Of a DNA stretch of 64,000 bases, positions 1 through 11,729 are shown piece after piece. The notes under the pieces were generated by a model that saw nothing but the letters and a program-made list of their open reading frames with translations, was not told the origin of the DNA and ran no database searches. The stretch is from positions 992,001 to 1,056,000 of the forward strand of contig OZ218960.1 in assembly GCA_965112735.1 (NCBI GenBank). Direction: 5' to 3'. The position numbers and the translations under genes are program-made. The first letter of the stretch is position 1, and the number at the start of each line of letters is the position of its first letter. The DNA is from Phaeosaccion multiseriatum (Eukaryota; Protista; Ochrophyta, other classes).

Positions 1-2
1 CG

Positions 3-125
3 GTGGACCGGCAAGGGCAGATATTCTACCATCGCTGGGGGGACGCCCCGTTGCGCTTCCTCGGCCTGTCGATTCACATGCCTGCGGACAAAATCATCTC
101 CGTCAAGGGCTGCTTTCACAAGTGA
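3..125 (+). CDS. 3' end (last exon, partial) of glycosyltransferase family 15 (KRE2/MNT1-like alpha-1,2-mannosyltransferase)
   Basis: Frame 3 reads VDRQGQIFYHRWGDAPLRFLGLSIHMPADKIISVKGCFHK*. FYxRWGDAP is the conserved C-terminal GT15 motif. The gene starts upstream of the window. Confidence 0.75.
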   Translation: MDRQGQIFYHRWGDAPLRFLGLSIHMPADKIISVKGCFHK

Positions 126-217
126 TGTTATTGTGGGTGTAGGTGTGCTAAAATTGATTTAAACGACTAAGTACTACGAAGTACCCATCTGGAAAAGTGT
201 TGGGCTAATTAATTGGG

Positions 218-2120
218 CTACTTCAAAGCCCCGTCTTCTTCGTTCGTCGGCCAAACGAAAGTAGCAATGCCCCATTGGCCAATAAGAACACAGCCCAGCA
301 GCAGCGCAAACACACTGCTTGCTTGACTGATGCGGCGGACGGCGTTGAGCCCTACCCCCGACTGCACCCTCGAGCTCACCAGGGCCACACATGCGGTAAA
401 GATGGTCATGGCCACGGCGGTTCCGAGGCAGAAGGACAGGAGATAGGACGACACTTGGAACAAGTCCGGCATTGTAAGAGCGGGTATCACCCCGACGAGG
501 TGCCCTGTACCGCTTAGACCATGCACCACGCCCGTACAGAGGAACGCCCAGGGGGAAAGCTCGCTCGCCACGCCCACTCCCGCACCCGCACCCGCACCCA
601 CGCCCGTTAGAGTCACACTGGTCCCGTCTGCTTCTCTCCCTCGCCACGTGAGCCTCCTGCTCCATCCCGAGAGCGCACCGCTGCCACTTCCCCTTCTCCG
701 CCGGCTGCTACGTGCCGTAGGATCAGTTTGCCCACACAGGCAGCAACTACTCTTATTACTACTGCTGCTGCTGTTGTTGTGGTTGACATCGCTCGCAAGG
801 CCGTTGTCGTTTGTGCCCAGAGAGCACAATTCACACTGTGCTCCCTCGGCCTTTGCCTGCCCCCCCCGCTCAAGGAGAGACATCTCAGTCTCTCTCCTAT
901 CCCCTACTGCGTCGTGGCACAGCATGTCACTATCGTTTCCACAACTACAGCTACTACAGCTACTGCTAGTGTTACTGCTGCTGCCGTCTCCCACACCAGC
1001 AATGGGGCTGCGCTGCCTTCTCCCACTTGGCTCCCCTCCTCCAACGCTTTCCCCATTCGCCACTGTCCCTTTGCCATTCCGCAGCAGCAGCGGTGCCTCA
1101 TCCCTCGAAACGCTTTCACTTTTAACTCCCCTGCTACCAACATTGCCTCCGACACTCCTGCTGCCCCGGGTCATCCCATCTTGTTGCCTCGAAGAAGAAG
1201 AAGAAAGAGTTGATCGTATGTCCATTAGGCCACGCGCCCCGATAAGTACCAGTGTCAGCCTGGGAGAAGGGGGAGAAAGGATCAGAGAGTAGGCAGCTGA
1301 GGTACGATATGAGATAGGGGTCCTCAGATGGGCAAGAGGAAGAGGGGCCCACCGATGCACTCAGGCGGTAGAAGGGAGGAGGAGGAGGAGGAGGAGGAGG
1401 AGGAGGAGGAGGAGGAGGAGGAGGAGGAGGAGGAGGAGGAGGAGGAGGAGGAGGAGGAGGAGGAGGAGGAGGAGGAGGAGGAGGAGGAGGAGGAGGAGGA
1501 GGAGGAGGAGGAGGAGGAGGAGGAGCAGTGTATCCTCTGTCAGCGAACTCACCCCACCACGAGGTCCATGAACCTCGCAAAGGAGTGCAGCAGGAGGATC
1601 TCTTTGAAGTGGAAGGCTATGAGGCCGAACAAGCTTGCCTGAGGGAGGGAGGGAGGGCGGGTGACACACAGAGGAGAGTCCATAGAAGATAGGAGCAGAT
1701 GAGGTAACCGCACAGACACAGAAAGGAGGACGTAGGGGGCGAGAGAGAGAGAGAGAGGGCTAAAAATGTGCCAGGAGACTAAAGGAGAGCATAAAACCTC
1801 AATCCCCTCTCGGTATCTTTTGGTCTTGCGAAGCTCACCCCAAGGCCGTGCCCGACCCCCCAGCGTGCGCCAGCCTTCCAAGCTTGCTTCATAGGTCTTC
1901 CCACGCAGTAGGGAAGGAGAACAGCCAAATGGTCTGGACCTACAATGGCAACCGGAAAGAGAGGCGACGGCAAAAGTCAAGGGAAACACTTGGCTTTCGT
2001 CAGCTCTTTCGAGCGCACTCGATTCTCCTCCAAAAGAATAAAAAGGGCCGGGGAAAGGACAAGCTCACCCGTCAATGCATGGCATGCCCCAGCCACGGCA
2101 CCAAGGGACGCCACCTCCAT
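218..2120 (-). CDS. NiCoT/UreH-type high-affinity nickel/cobalt transporter (4 exons)
   Basis: Exons 2120-2069, 1939-1839, 1638-1553, 1259-218 joined by phase-consistent GT-AG introns. Product has GACHALTGPDHLA (HxxxxDH signature), WGVGHG, and GVVHGLSGTGH followed by hydrophobic TM segments. Confidence 0.85.
1375..1525. repeat. (GGA)n trinucleotide tract in NiCoT intron 3 (CCT in sense)
   Basis: About 50 perfect repeats. Similar intronic (CCT)-sense tracts at 37932-38137, 39934-40150, 57255-57432 and 60196-60502. Confidence 0.97.
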
Positions 2121-2256
2121 GGCGTTAAGTAAAGTAGGATAGCAGAGCCGAGATGAAAAATCGCCAGTTGTGAGTTGGAGAACAGCCGCCCGCGAACGAC
2201 CACGACGGTTACATCCTGTGTGCCACCAGAGAGCGCCTGCTGCTCGACGAAGGAAG
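2121..2256. promoter_or_regulatory. Putative bidirectional promoter (NiCoT / DRC12)
   Basis: Only 136 bp separate divergent ATGs; free of microsatellites. Inferred from geometry only. Confidence 0.5.
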
Positions 2257-3858
2257 ATGCCGCCCAAGAAGAAGAAAGGCGCGAAGAAGGAGAAGGAAGG
2301 AGGTGCAGAGGAGGGGGGGACAATCTCCGATGCCGACAAGGCGAAGCTATGCCAGGCTGCACTCAAATCGCTGCAGCTGCAGCTGGCGGACCGCACAGTG
2401 GAGACGCGGGAAGCTCTGGCGGACAAGAAGGAGATGCTCACCAGGGTAGAGTCTATGCAGGGCTTGCTCGTAGAGCAGCAGGTAAGGACGAGGTGTTATT
2501 GGGCGGCAGTGTAGGGGCCTATTGCGGAAACTGAAGCAGAGATGGGAAAAAAACCCAAATCCTTCGACTCCCACTCGCTCTCCATGGTCGATCTTCTCGC
2601 CGTGATCAGACATTCTATGGATGTACATGAGTAGAATAGCTGAGTCCCGTGTCATGCACTTTCGGAAAGACGCCCAGCATATTCGGGGATGGCCTTGTGG
2701 CATCAGACCCAAAGCCCGCCCACCTCTGCGTGGCCCTGCCATCCCTCGACTGTGCGGGCTAGTTTCTGACGTCAACCCGCCGCTGCTTCTGTACCATCCA
2801 GGACGGGACGCTGGACATTACGCGAGACATGACGCGTCAGTACAAGGGCATGCAGGAGGAACTGCTCAACAGAATAAACCAACTCGAAGGCACCATTCAG
2901 GCCAGTGCAGTTGGTTGACTGTCCCCTCTGTCCCATCTTGTTGTCCAGCGAAACTTCTGAAGGGGGGACCGCGCTAGCCCTGCCGTTCATATTTTCATTC
3001 TAATGACACATCGCTCTATCTCATTTTCCCTCTCTCTCTCCCTCCCTCCCTCCCTGTCTCCCTCTCTCTCTCTCTCTCCTTCCCTGCCTCTCTCTCCCTC
3101 CCTCCCTCCCTCCCTCCCTCCCTCCCTCCCTCCCTCCCTCCCTCCCTCCCTCCCTCCCTCCCTCCCTCCCTCCCTCCCTCCCTCCCTCCCTCCCTCCCTC
3201 CCCCCCCTCTCTCTCTCTGCAGACGCTGAAGGACGAACTCGAGCAAAGCTACTTGACGCTGGAGCGCACCGCTCGAGAGAAGGACGAGGTGATTAACGCC
3301 AAGGACAAGGAGATGGGCCAAATGAGAGCCAGGATGGAGGATATGGCGCAGGAGTTCGGAGACATGTTAAAGGTATATGGTATGCGATTCTCTCGCTCTC
3401 TCTCTCTCGCCTGCTCGCCTCGCCCCTGTGTTTCATAGCGTGTGGGCGTCGAAAAGGGCTGGGTTTTGAAGCTGCCGTGCTGGTGTGTCTTCCTTGCAAG
3501 CAAAGGAGCGAACACGCCGCACTTGCTTCACCAACACCCCGCAACCCCCTCCCCGTATGCGGCCAACCAGCAATGCTGTGCCTGGGTGGAGCTGCTGCCT
3601 CGGTGTTTGTTCCTGACCACTTTCCTCTCCGTCCGGCCTCTCCTTTGACCTTGTCTTGGGCCACCCCTCCCTCGCCTGCATGCATCTCTGCTATGCCCCT
3701 CTGCGCACCCCGATTCCCTGGGCACACGACAACAGGAAACCTTGGATAAGATGCGAGAGAGGATTGAGATCAATAGCACAGGCTTCGATGCGGAGGACGG
3801 AATCCCCATCCGGAGGAGAATGGAGGAGTTTGCTCTTACCGAGGCGGCCGCGAAATGA
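2257..3858 (+). CDS. DRC12: Dynein regulatory complex protein 12 / CCDC153-like coiled-coil flagellar protein (4 exons)
   Basis: Exons 2257-2481, 2802-2900, 3223-3372, 3736-3858. MPPKKKKG start, then DMTRQYKGMQEELLNRINQLE...RARMEDMAQEFGDMLKETLDKM, matching the CCDC153/DRC12 pattern as I recall it. Intron 2 needs a GC donor. Confidence 0.75.
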
Positions 3859-4708
3859 GACATGGGGGCAAACAGGCCCACTAACACCTGACACCAAGCA
3901 CCAAAGCAGGTCCGTCTTGTTGGCGCTCCACGTGTGTCTTCTGTCCCACCTGTACCGATGTAGTGGATAGAGTGAGACGGGCGTGTGGAGGATGTGTATC
4001 TAAAGAGGCGAAGGAAGAGAGTGAAGCAGTTATCTTCAGCCATCCACGGTGAGTCGAAGGAGAAGGAGAAGGCCAGTGCATGAGAAAACCGACAGCCCCT
4101 TGTCCGAAGGCGGCGGCCCTCACCCCCTGCAGCCCGTGCCGGTAGCAGTCTTCTCTCGCCCCTTCCCTCGGCTCTGTGCTGTAGAGCTGTAGTACCGGTG
4201 TTGTAAGACCAGCGCTGCTCAAGCTAAGTGGCTGGATCCGCAGCGAGGACGGGACTTCGGCCTCCTCCCCAGCGCTGTCTTTGCGTTTCGTCTTTGTTTT
4301 GTGGTGTGTGTGTGTGTGTGTGTCACTCACTCACTCAGAGCGGGAGCGTGGGAGCTTTGCTTGGCCTCCAAGAGGGCCCCGAGAAGGACCCGCTCTTATC
4401 GTATCGAGTCAGCAGCCCCGGTCGGCGGAAGAGTCGGGGAGAGGAAGTCGTAACAGTAGCAATATGCAAGGCCATTGTTCGAATGCGAATAAAAATATTG
4501 AGGCACACATCTATTGCTTCACCTTCTCTCACGATTCATCCGTATAAGATGTATATATATGTATGTCCACCGCAATAACTTACAAAAAAAATTGCTAAAC
4601 CAATGTGAAGGCATAACCTCTTCTATAGAATGGAGACTGATCTAAACGAGAAGAGGAGGACGAAAAAGCCACGACACGGCAATCCTCTTGCTTCTTTGTT
4701 TCTCCTTC

Positions 4709-6948
4709 TCAGTTGGCGATACACCAGAGCGCGGCGAGGAGGAGGGGCTGCAACACACCCCTGCCCAAATGGCCCCACACGGGAATCTCAATACCTGAGC
4801 AGCAAGGCAAGGTGGCGAGAGGATGATGCACGAGAGAAACAAGCAAAGGCCACACATGACCGCGAGAGTATTGATTGAATTGTGGGCGGAAGGAAGGGTG
4901 AGTAGAGTAGAGCAGGAAGCAAGGAGCAAAAGAGGCCGGTGCTCGCCCCAAGAGGAGCAAGAGGAGCAAGAGGAGCAAGAGGAGCAAGAGGAGCAAGAGG
5001 CTGCTGACGCTTGAGCGGGGAGGTGCCTCTCCATGCGCCCAACCGCTGCTCTTACTGTGCGCGAGGAACGGCCAAAGATCAGCTCGAGCTTCGCCGCGAC
5101 TCTGGCTGAGTCCATTCTCAATCAGTCAGCTGCCAAGCGGGGCGAGCCGGGCCCCAAAAAGATACACCCCCCCCCCCCCTCCCCGATTCACTCACTCTCT
5201 CTCTCTGTGCGTGTGTGTGTAACCTTTAAATTGGCACTCTCTCACCTTTAGGGAATTGCGCTCCATGCGAGTACATGTACATGTTAGCAGGCGTAACGGC
5301 GATGGTAAGGAAGAACAGTGCCAGTGCGGAAACCTGCATGAGGGGAATGTCCCCGGCCACACCAAGCTTGCCCAGGAGCAGCCCAGCCTGTTGAGGAGGC
5401 AGAGAACAGAGGGGAGGGGGGGGGGGGGAGGCCATCAAACAGAGGAAGGGAGGCAGGGAGGAGGGCAGGTTTCGTGTAGGCTGGGTGCTGTGAGAGTGCC
5501 TACTTGGCTGATGAGGATCGGATCAGCACATTTTCAGAGTTTTTAGAGGGAAGGGTCGGGCCTTTTCTTTTTGTCTCACGAAGAGAGAACGAGAGTGATA
5601 CGAAACTAGTCTTCATGCAGCGAGTGGCTGCCCCGCTGCGGTTTTTTTTATATATACACTACTAGAGGCCTAGCGATCAACGCGTGCTCGACTACCCCAA
5701 ACGAGTTTCGTTTCTCTCGACATACGAGGGAAGGCAAAGGAAGTTACTTACCCCACCCAAGAACTCTGCGACGCCCGTCCAGTTCACGTGGAAAGACGCA
5801 GATCCTAGCGAGACACGTGGCAGAGAGGTGAGAAAATGGGAAGGGTAAGTCAGAACGAGAGGGTATGGAATCAGGAGCGAGTGAGCGCTCGACAGAGAGA
5901 GAGAAGGATAAACAAGAGCCCAATCGCAAAGCAGGAAGTGCTGCGGTGTGTGGGTGAAGGATGATGATCAATCGGGTTTCTCGAGAGCCCAATTGGGCTA
6001 TCACATCGACATGTTCATGCAGGCACAGTTCCGCTCACCAGGCAAGTACCAGAGGCCCCAGGCTCCCTTGCCAGGGTACATTCGGCAAAAGTCTTCATGC
6101 AATGTGAAGTGAGAAATTCCCGCAGCGATGAAGATAAGGCCGAGCACGTATGGCCCGGCCCCCACGGGGTCCCATAGCCCAGTGGGAATTAGTACCGAGT
6201 CAGCGAAGGCTATGGTTCCAAAGGTGGTGACACCCAGAGCTGACAAAACGGAGGAGAAATGGAGGTTGGGGAGGAAGGGCGTTGATTGAGCTGAAGGAAG
6301 CGAGGCCAGTAGAGAGTGGACAGCGAGGGGGCAGGAGAGGAGAGGAGGAGAAGGAAGCTTGGGTTGGGGGGTCAAGGACGCAGTCGAGAAGAGAGAGTGG
6401 AGAGTGGAAAAGGAGAGGGAGAAGAAGACAAAATGAATTACAAGACAGATCATAGAAAGAGAGGGGGGAGCGCAGAGACCGTCTTTACCTGCAAAGATCC
6501 CCGCGAAGATTAGCGACTGAGTTTTCTTCGGTAACTCATTGACCCCGCTTGGATCAAGAGGAGGAGGGGAACGAGGAGGAGGAGGGGTGGGGGGGGGGGG
6601 GGAGAAGGGAAGTATAAAGGGGTTTAGGGGGAGGACTGTTACCGCGTGTGTGTATCTTTGTGTCTATGAGTATGTTCGAGACCTGGGGCACGGGGGCATG
6701 TCATCGGCATCACCCGCCTCGATCGTTGCCATAAGGCGGGAGCCGTACTGCGGTTGCTGATGCTGATGCTGCAGCTCCTGCTCCCTCTGCAACCAAGGCT
6801 GCTTCTGTTGCAGCTTCTGCTCCCTCGGCTGCGAGCGACTCCCCCTGTTCGTGATCGACTGACGCTGCAGAGGAGCAGGCCCGTGGAACGCGCGACATGA
6901 GCTACACGAGAGGATCGCTGCTGCTGCTACACCCAGAGCGGTCTTCAT
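4709..6948 (-). CDS. DoxX-like integral membrane protein with putative bipartite plastid-targeting presequence (6 exons)
   Basis: Exons approx. 6948-6683, 6548-6490, 6240-6039, 5804-5752, 5387-5246, 4794-4709. N-terminus MKTALGVAAAAILSCSSCRA-F is a signal peptide followed by Phe. Motifs AGISHF, WYLPGSASFHVNWTGVAEFLGG, TPANMYMYSHG, GHLGRGVLQ. Confidence 0.75.
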
Positions 6949-7102
6949 TGTAGATGGCGGAGCTTGGAAGAGAGAGAGAGACAGAGAGAGAGCGAAAGCA
7001 AAGCGTGAGGTGTTTTGATCGCAATCGCTGACATACGTATTCACAGTTGGCGTATTGGCTCTTTCGTGCGCGCCTGATCCGCGCGTGCCCGGTTGGTGCA
7101 CC
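6949..7102. promoter_or_regulatory. Putative bidirectional promoter (DoxX-like / NnrU-like)
   Basis: 154 bp between divergent ATGs. Inferred from geometry only. Confidence 0.5.
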
Positions 7103-8394
7103 ATGAGTGCGCCTGCTTCCGTGTGGCTTCGGCACAAGGGAGTGAGATTCATTGGCTTGGGATGGGCGGCCTTTACTCTGGAGAATCTTGTCCTTTCGGT
7201 GAGCCAGTCGGGAGATGTGCCTCGCGGCTTGCTTCCCCCTCCTCCTTCTCGTCTCTCCTCTCTCTCCTTCTCTCGTCTTGCCCCCTTGTCTCCTTTTGTC
7301 TCCTCCTTGTCTCCCAGTCTCACCCCCCCCCCTCCTGTCTCCTCTTGTCTCCTTTTCTCTCCTTGCCTCCCCAACTTTCCACCCCGCCCCCAACCCGGGT
7401 CACTGACTCCTCAGGAAAATCGGACTCGAATAATAGCAGCGTACGGAGATAAGAGCTACCACTATTTGTACAACACCTTGAGCACTTTGGCGTGCTCCAC
7501 TATAGCGTATGGATTCTTAAGACACGGCAGGGGCCAAGGGCCGAGGATTTGGAAAGGAGGGGGGCCCATGTTCTCCCTCTGTGCCTTTGCTCTGCAAACA
7601 TTAGGACTGGTTGGATTCAGCCAGCTCATGCCGCGAATGCAACTGCCTGTCGGGCTTACTAGCGGCAGCGGCGAAGGAGGAGGAGGAGGGGGAAGGACAG
7701 CACAGGCCCCCCAGCAGCAGCAGCAGCAGCAGCAGCAGGGCACCAGTCGGAGCCCTGCAAATAGAACCCTCCAAGCAAGGTGAGGAGAGAGTAAATGGCT
7801 TTGCTGATGAGACTATGTTGCTCATGCTCGTTCCCTACTTGGCTCTGGACTCTGGTGCGTTTGCGCCCCAGATGCCCCTTGGACTTCACCCCTGAGGACA
7901 TGCCGGAGGACGGCATTCACGGCGTCAAGCGGGTATCGCGCCACCCCATGATGTGGTCTCTTGCTCTCTTGGGGGCGGGAACGGCGCTTACCACGCCCTT
8001 AGCGGTAAGCGTGGGCGAGCAAGGGGGGAAAGGCGGACTGGAGCGAAACGGACAGTATTCACTCAGTCACTTAGCTGGCTTTGGCTTTTCCTCATCTTTC
8101 CCCTCCCTTCCCTTTTCCCCTTCCCCTGCACAGACGGGAGTAGTTTTTTACTCCGCTCCGGCAGTCTTTGCTGCGATTGGCACCTCTCATCAAGACTCAC
8201 GCTATCGGAGGGGGGTTGGCGGGACACTGACGAAAGAGATGGAGGAGAGAACCAGCAACATTCCGTTCCTCGCCCTCCTCACGGGGAGGCAGAGCTGGTC
8301 CGGGCTGATGAAGGAGATGAAAGAGGTCAATGCGGGCTATGCACTTGCGGTTACAACGGTCCTGGCCCTGAGGCGGCTGAGAACGCTCCGATAA
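7103..8394 (+). CDS. NnrU-family (Z-ISO-related) membrane protein (4 exons)
   Basis: Exons approx. 7103-7198, 7415-7779, 7872-8004, 8133-8394. Motifs GVKRVSRHPMMW, GTSHQDSR and RTSNIPFLALLTGRQ are typical of the NnrU domain. Confidence 0.8.
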
Positions 8395-8823
8395 GGAACA
8401 AGAGGAGAGGAGAAGAGAGGGGGCAGGGGGGGGCGGGGTGGGGCAACCGTGTTTTTGGGGAGAGGGGAGACAACCACTCCGGGTGAATAGTGGGACTAGC
8501 CTTTACGATACATAGCTCTTGAGCGGAGGGCGCTGCCCTCAACGACAAGGGACCTCACCACAGAGCCAACCCATTCGGCGACGCGAAGTGCTGGGCGACG
8601 AAGTGGAGTGGGCTCAGCGAGGGGAGGGGAGGTGGTACGTTACAGAAAGACGAACGCATGTCACACAGGGTGGGTGCTTCCCGAGGCGAGAAGAAGGCAA
8701 ATATGTCATTCATGCTTCGACTCAATATCAAGATACTTCTAGCTCTAAGCTCTACTATTTTTGAATGAGCTTCCAGGGCTTTTGGGGCCTCCTTGGCTAA
8801 AGAAAGCTCTCCCTGCCGACCAA

Positions 8824-11437
8824 TCATCCCCCCAGTCTCCGAAGGGTATCAATGTCTGTCTTCATCTGCTGCTCTTCCCTTCTCTCAAGTGGCGTAGCTG
8901 TTCTGACCTGTTGCCCCCACGTCCTGCTGCCACTGCCGCTACCGCTACCGCTGCTGCTGCTGTTGCTGCTGCTGCTTCTTCGCCCCCCTGCCGTGGTCAG
9001 CCTACCGTGACTGCTACCCGCTGGTCTACAACCCCCCCCTTCAACCTCCTCCTCTACCCCGCCCCTGCCACTCGTGCTCGAGGAGCTTTTCACTCTCTCG
9101 CGTGTGACAAAGTGCTTCTGCGGGGGGGCGTTGACGGGAACATGCCCGAAACGGTACTGTCCATTGCCAAGCCCAGTGGGCAAGACCCGAAACTCGCTGC
9201 GAACCTCGGGGGCATCGACAATGAAACTCAGTCCTCGCACTCCTTTCACACCCCTCGCGAGAGGCCCTGGTGCTCTGAGGCCCTGCTGTTGGAGATCCTG
9301 TAGATAGGTCTTGCGGGGAGTGAAGCGCCCCGGTTCCCGCTTAGCGGTCAAGCCTTCCAGTGACCGCCTCACTCGCTCCCTCTCTGCTGCTTCGGCGGGC
9401 GCCTGTGCTCTGAGCCACTCCGCCGACGGCTCTGCTGCTTCTGCAGCCGCCGACCCGCCGCGCTCGTCTTCACCACACCATGCACCGAGGTCCGGCTTCT
9501 CCTCTGCTCCTCCTGCTTCTTGCCGCCGCTGCTGCTGCTGTATCTCCAACTGCTGCTGCTGCTGCTGCTGCTGCTCCTGCTGCCACCTTTGCCGTTGCTC
9601 CTCTGCTGCCCGAGCTTTTGCCTGCTCTGCGAGAGTCCCGGCAATGTGAGATTCCGAAAAGTTATCGTCCACCCCCACCGACTGCCGCTCCTTCCTACCC
9701 ACACCGAGCACGGAGCTCATGCGGGGCAAGCTCTCGTCAAGTCCCTCGCGGAACAAGAGGTCTTGGCGGCGGTCGTGGTTGTCCCCGCTGCGGTGCCGCA
9801 TTCATGGGGAGGATCGGTAGAAAAGTGGGCCATAAGGAAGCGTCAAAGGTCAGTCGAGAGCGGAGAAGGCACTGACGAGCTGCCTCACGCACACACGCAC
9901 GCACTCAGCCTCTCACTCAGTCACGCTCCTCCCTCCCTCCCTCCCTCCCTCCCTCCCTCCCTCCCTCCCTCCCTCCCTCCCTCCCTCCCTCCCTTCCTCC
10001 CTCCCGACCCCTTGACTGAGTGACTTCCTGACGGAGTGACTTTCTGACCTGTACGAGGGGGCGTGGAACTTGTACAGACTGTCCCTGAGGGCCAGGTACG
10101 CGTCTCGCTCGAGGCCAACTCGGAGGGCTGCGGAATTTCTTGGCACCACCTCTCGGTGAAACGCCGTTGTTGTCTCCCAGCGCTGTGTGATACGAGGGGT
10201 GAGAAAGAGAAGTGACGAGATCGTTTCAGCGATAGATGAAGGAACCTTGTGCAGAGAACGGAATGGTACGAGTAGCGGTTTGTTGGGAGGGAAAAGAGGG
10301 GTCGTTGGAACTGAGGGCCTTACCCTTCTTAAGGGGCATGGGGGGCCGGGAGATGCTTCTCCGCCAAAGTCTCGGAAGCGTCATCATGATGAGAGGAGGC
10401 AGAGCATCACACACACATACATACATACATGCATACATACACACATACGTTCATACGTACATACGTACATACGTACATACAGACCTTGCTATTGTGGACC
10501 CCAGTGATGATGTTCCACTCGTTGCGCATATCTTGCGCTTCGATGCGTCGCCGGCGTCCCTCTCGATGCTTCTACTCACCACGCGGTGCGGAGCGCGCAG
10601 GGAGAAATGAAACACCAAAAAGGGCGAGAAGGGCATTAGGCTTTCGAACGCTGGTACCCAAGGTGCCCAAGGTGGCGAATGGGGTGAATGGGGTGAATGG
10701 GTTGACTTTGGAGGGTGCAAAGGGGGAGAGATATCTCCAGGGAGGGTTAGAAGTTTGTGCATTGGCTCCAACGGCGGGGGGGGGAGGGAGCGAGGAAGGG
10801 CCTTTACTCACCTCTTGGCGCTCCTCGTTGGCTTTGAGCAACCCCTCTGCCTCATCGCTTGTTGCGGGTTTTACTGGACTTCTATAGAACCCTCGATGAA
10901 ACCTGAAGCATGCAGGCCAATGGGGGAAAGGGCCGTATCAAGGACAGAGGAAATACCAACTTGAGGCTGAGAGCGGGAGGTGTGTGTGGGGGGGGTGTTT
11001 CAAGGAGCGAACTCACACAAGGGAGACTTTGGATTTCCTCGACTACTTCATCTGCCCCTCAAAATCCCCCCTTCCTGTCCTCATCCCCCCCTCTCCCCAA
11101 CCAGCTCTCACCTTGTTGCCCTGAGGCCCTTCTCAAGCCCCCCAGGCCCTTCCATCTCTTCCCTGGGATGATGAAGAGACGTTCCTAGCGCGGGGGTGCT
11201 CTCACTCTTCAGCATCCGTCGCCCCTTCCCCTTCCTTTGCGCCCCTTCCTGTCCCATATTGTGTCTCAAGTACTCCCATGAGCAGTAATGGTCTTTTCTT
11301 TCAAAGTTGATTGCTTTCCCTGATCGTTCCTGGTGTTCCAAGCAGGCTGAAGATGGTGGGAAATCGAGACCACCAGGGTCAGGGTCGTGGCGCAGCAGAG
11401 TGTCCAACCCGGCCCCTTTACTCGCCCGCAGCGCCAT
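8824..11437 (-). CDS. Hypothetical protein (about 5 exons)
   Basis: Phase-consistent exons: MALRASKG...LRATR (11437-11112), FHRGFYRSP...EERQE, KHREGRRR...WNIITGVHNSK, RWETTT...LYKFHAPSY, and terminal exon SGDNHDRRQDLLFREG...LRRLGG* ending at 8824. No domain recognised; start codon uncertain. Confidence 0.55.
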
Positions 11438-11729
11438 GGCTCCACCTTCTCCCTTGCGTGCCCCCTTCGAGCCTCTCTTTCCCGTCAAATGTCTTCACTC
11501 TTCTCCTCTCGTTGCCATTCTGGGCTCCCAAAATCCCCTCCTACGCTCTGCCTCCTCCAACAGACCACAAAAGAAGGTAGACTGAGAGAAAGAGAAGAGA
11601 AGGAGAGACAGAAGTCCCCCCCAAAAAAACGAAACGCCCGAGAGTTAGACATCCACCGGTAGCTGTGAGCTTTCCCCGGGGGCGCATTCCCAGGTTTGGC
11701 TGGGAGCGCAGTACAGGTGTTGTGTAAGG

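Noticed and set aside
1134-1669. Poly-P/E/L ORFs here and the many poly-G/R, DRQT, VCLS, MDGW, PSIH, THSL, YIHT and GREG ORFs across the window
   Set aside because: Translations of intronic or intergenic microsatellites that lack stop codons; not genes.
3860-4700. ORFs and splice-like signals (GTGAGT at 4049, CTCAG at ~4338) between the convergent DRC12 and DoxX genes
   Set aside because: No coherent gene model or recognisable protein. Could be UTR sequence.
4795-5245. ORF MDSARVAAKLELIFGR... and (GAGGAGCAA)5 inside the last DoxX intron
   Set aside because: No phase-compatible way to include it, no recognisable homology, and it runs into simple repeats.
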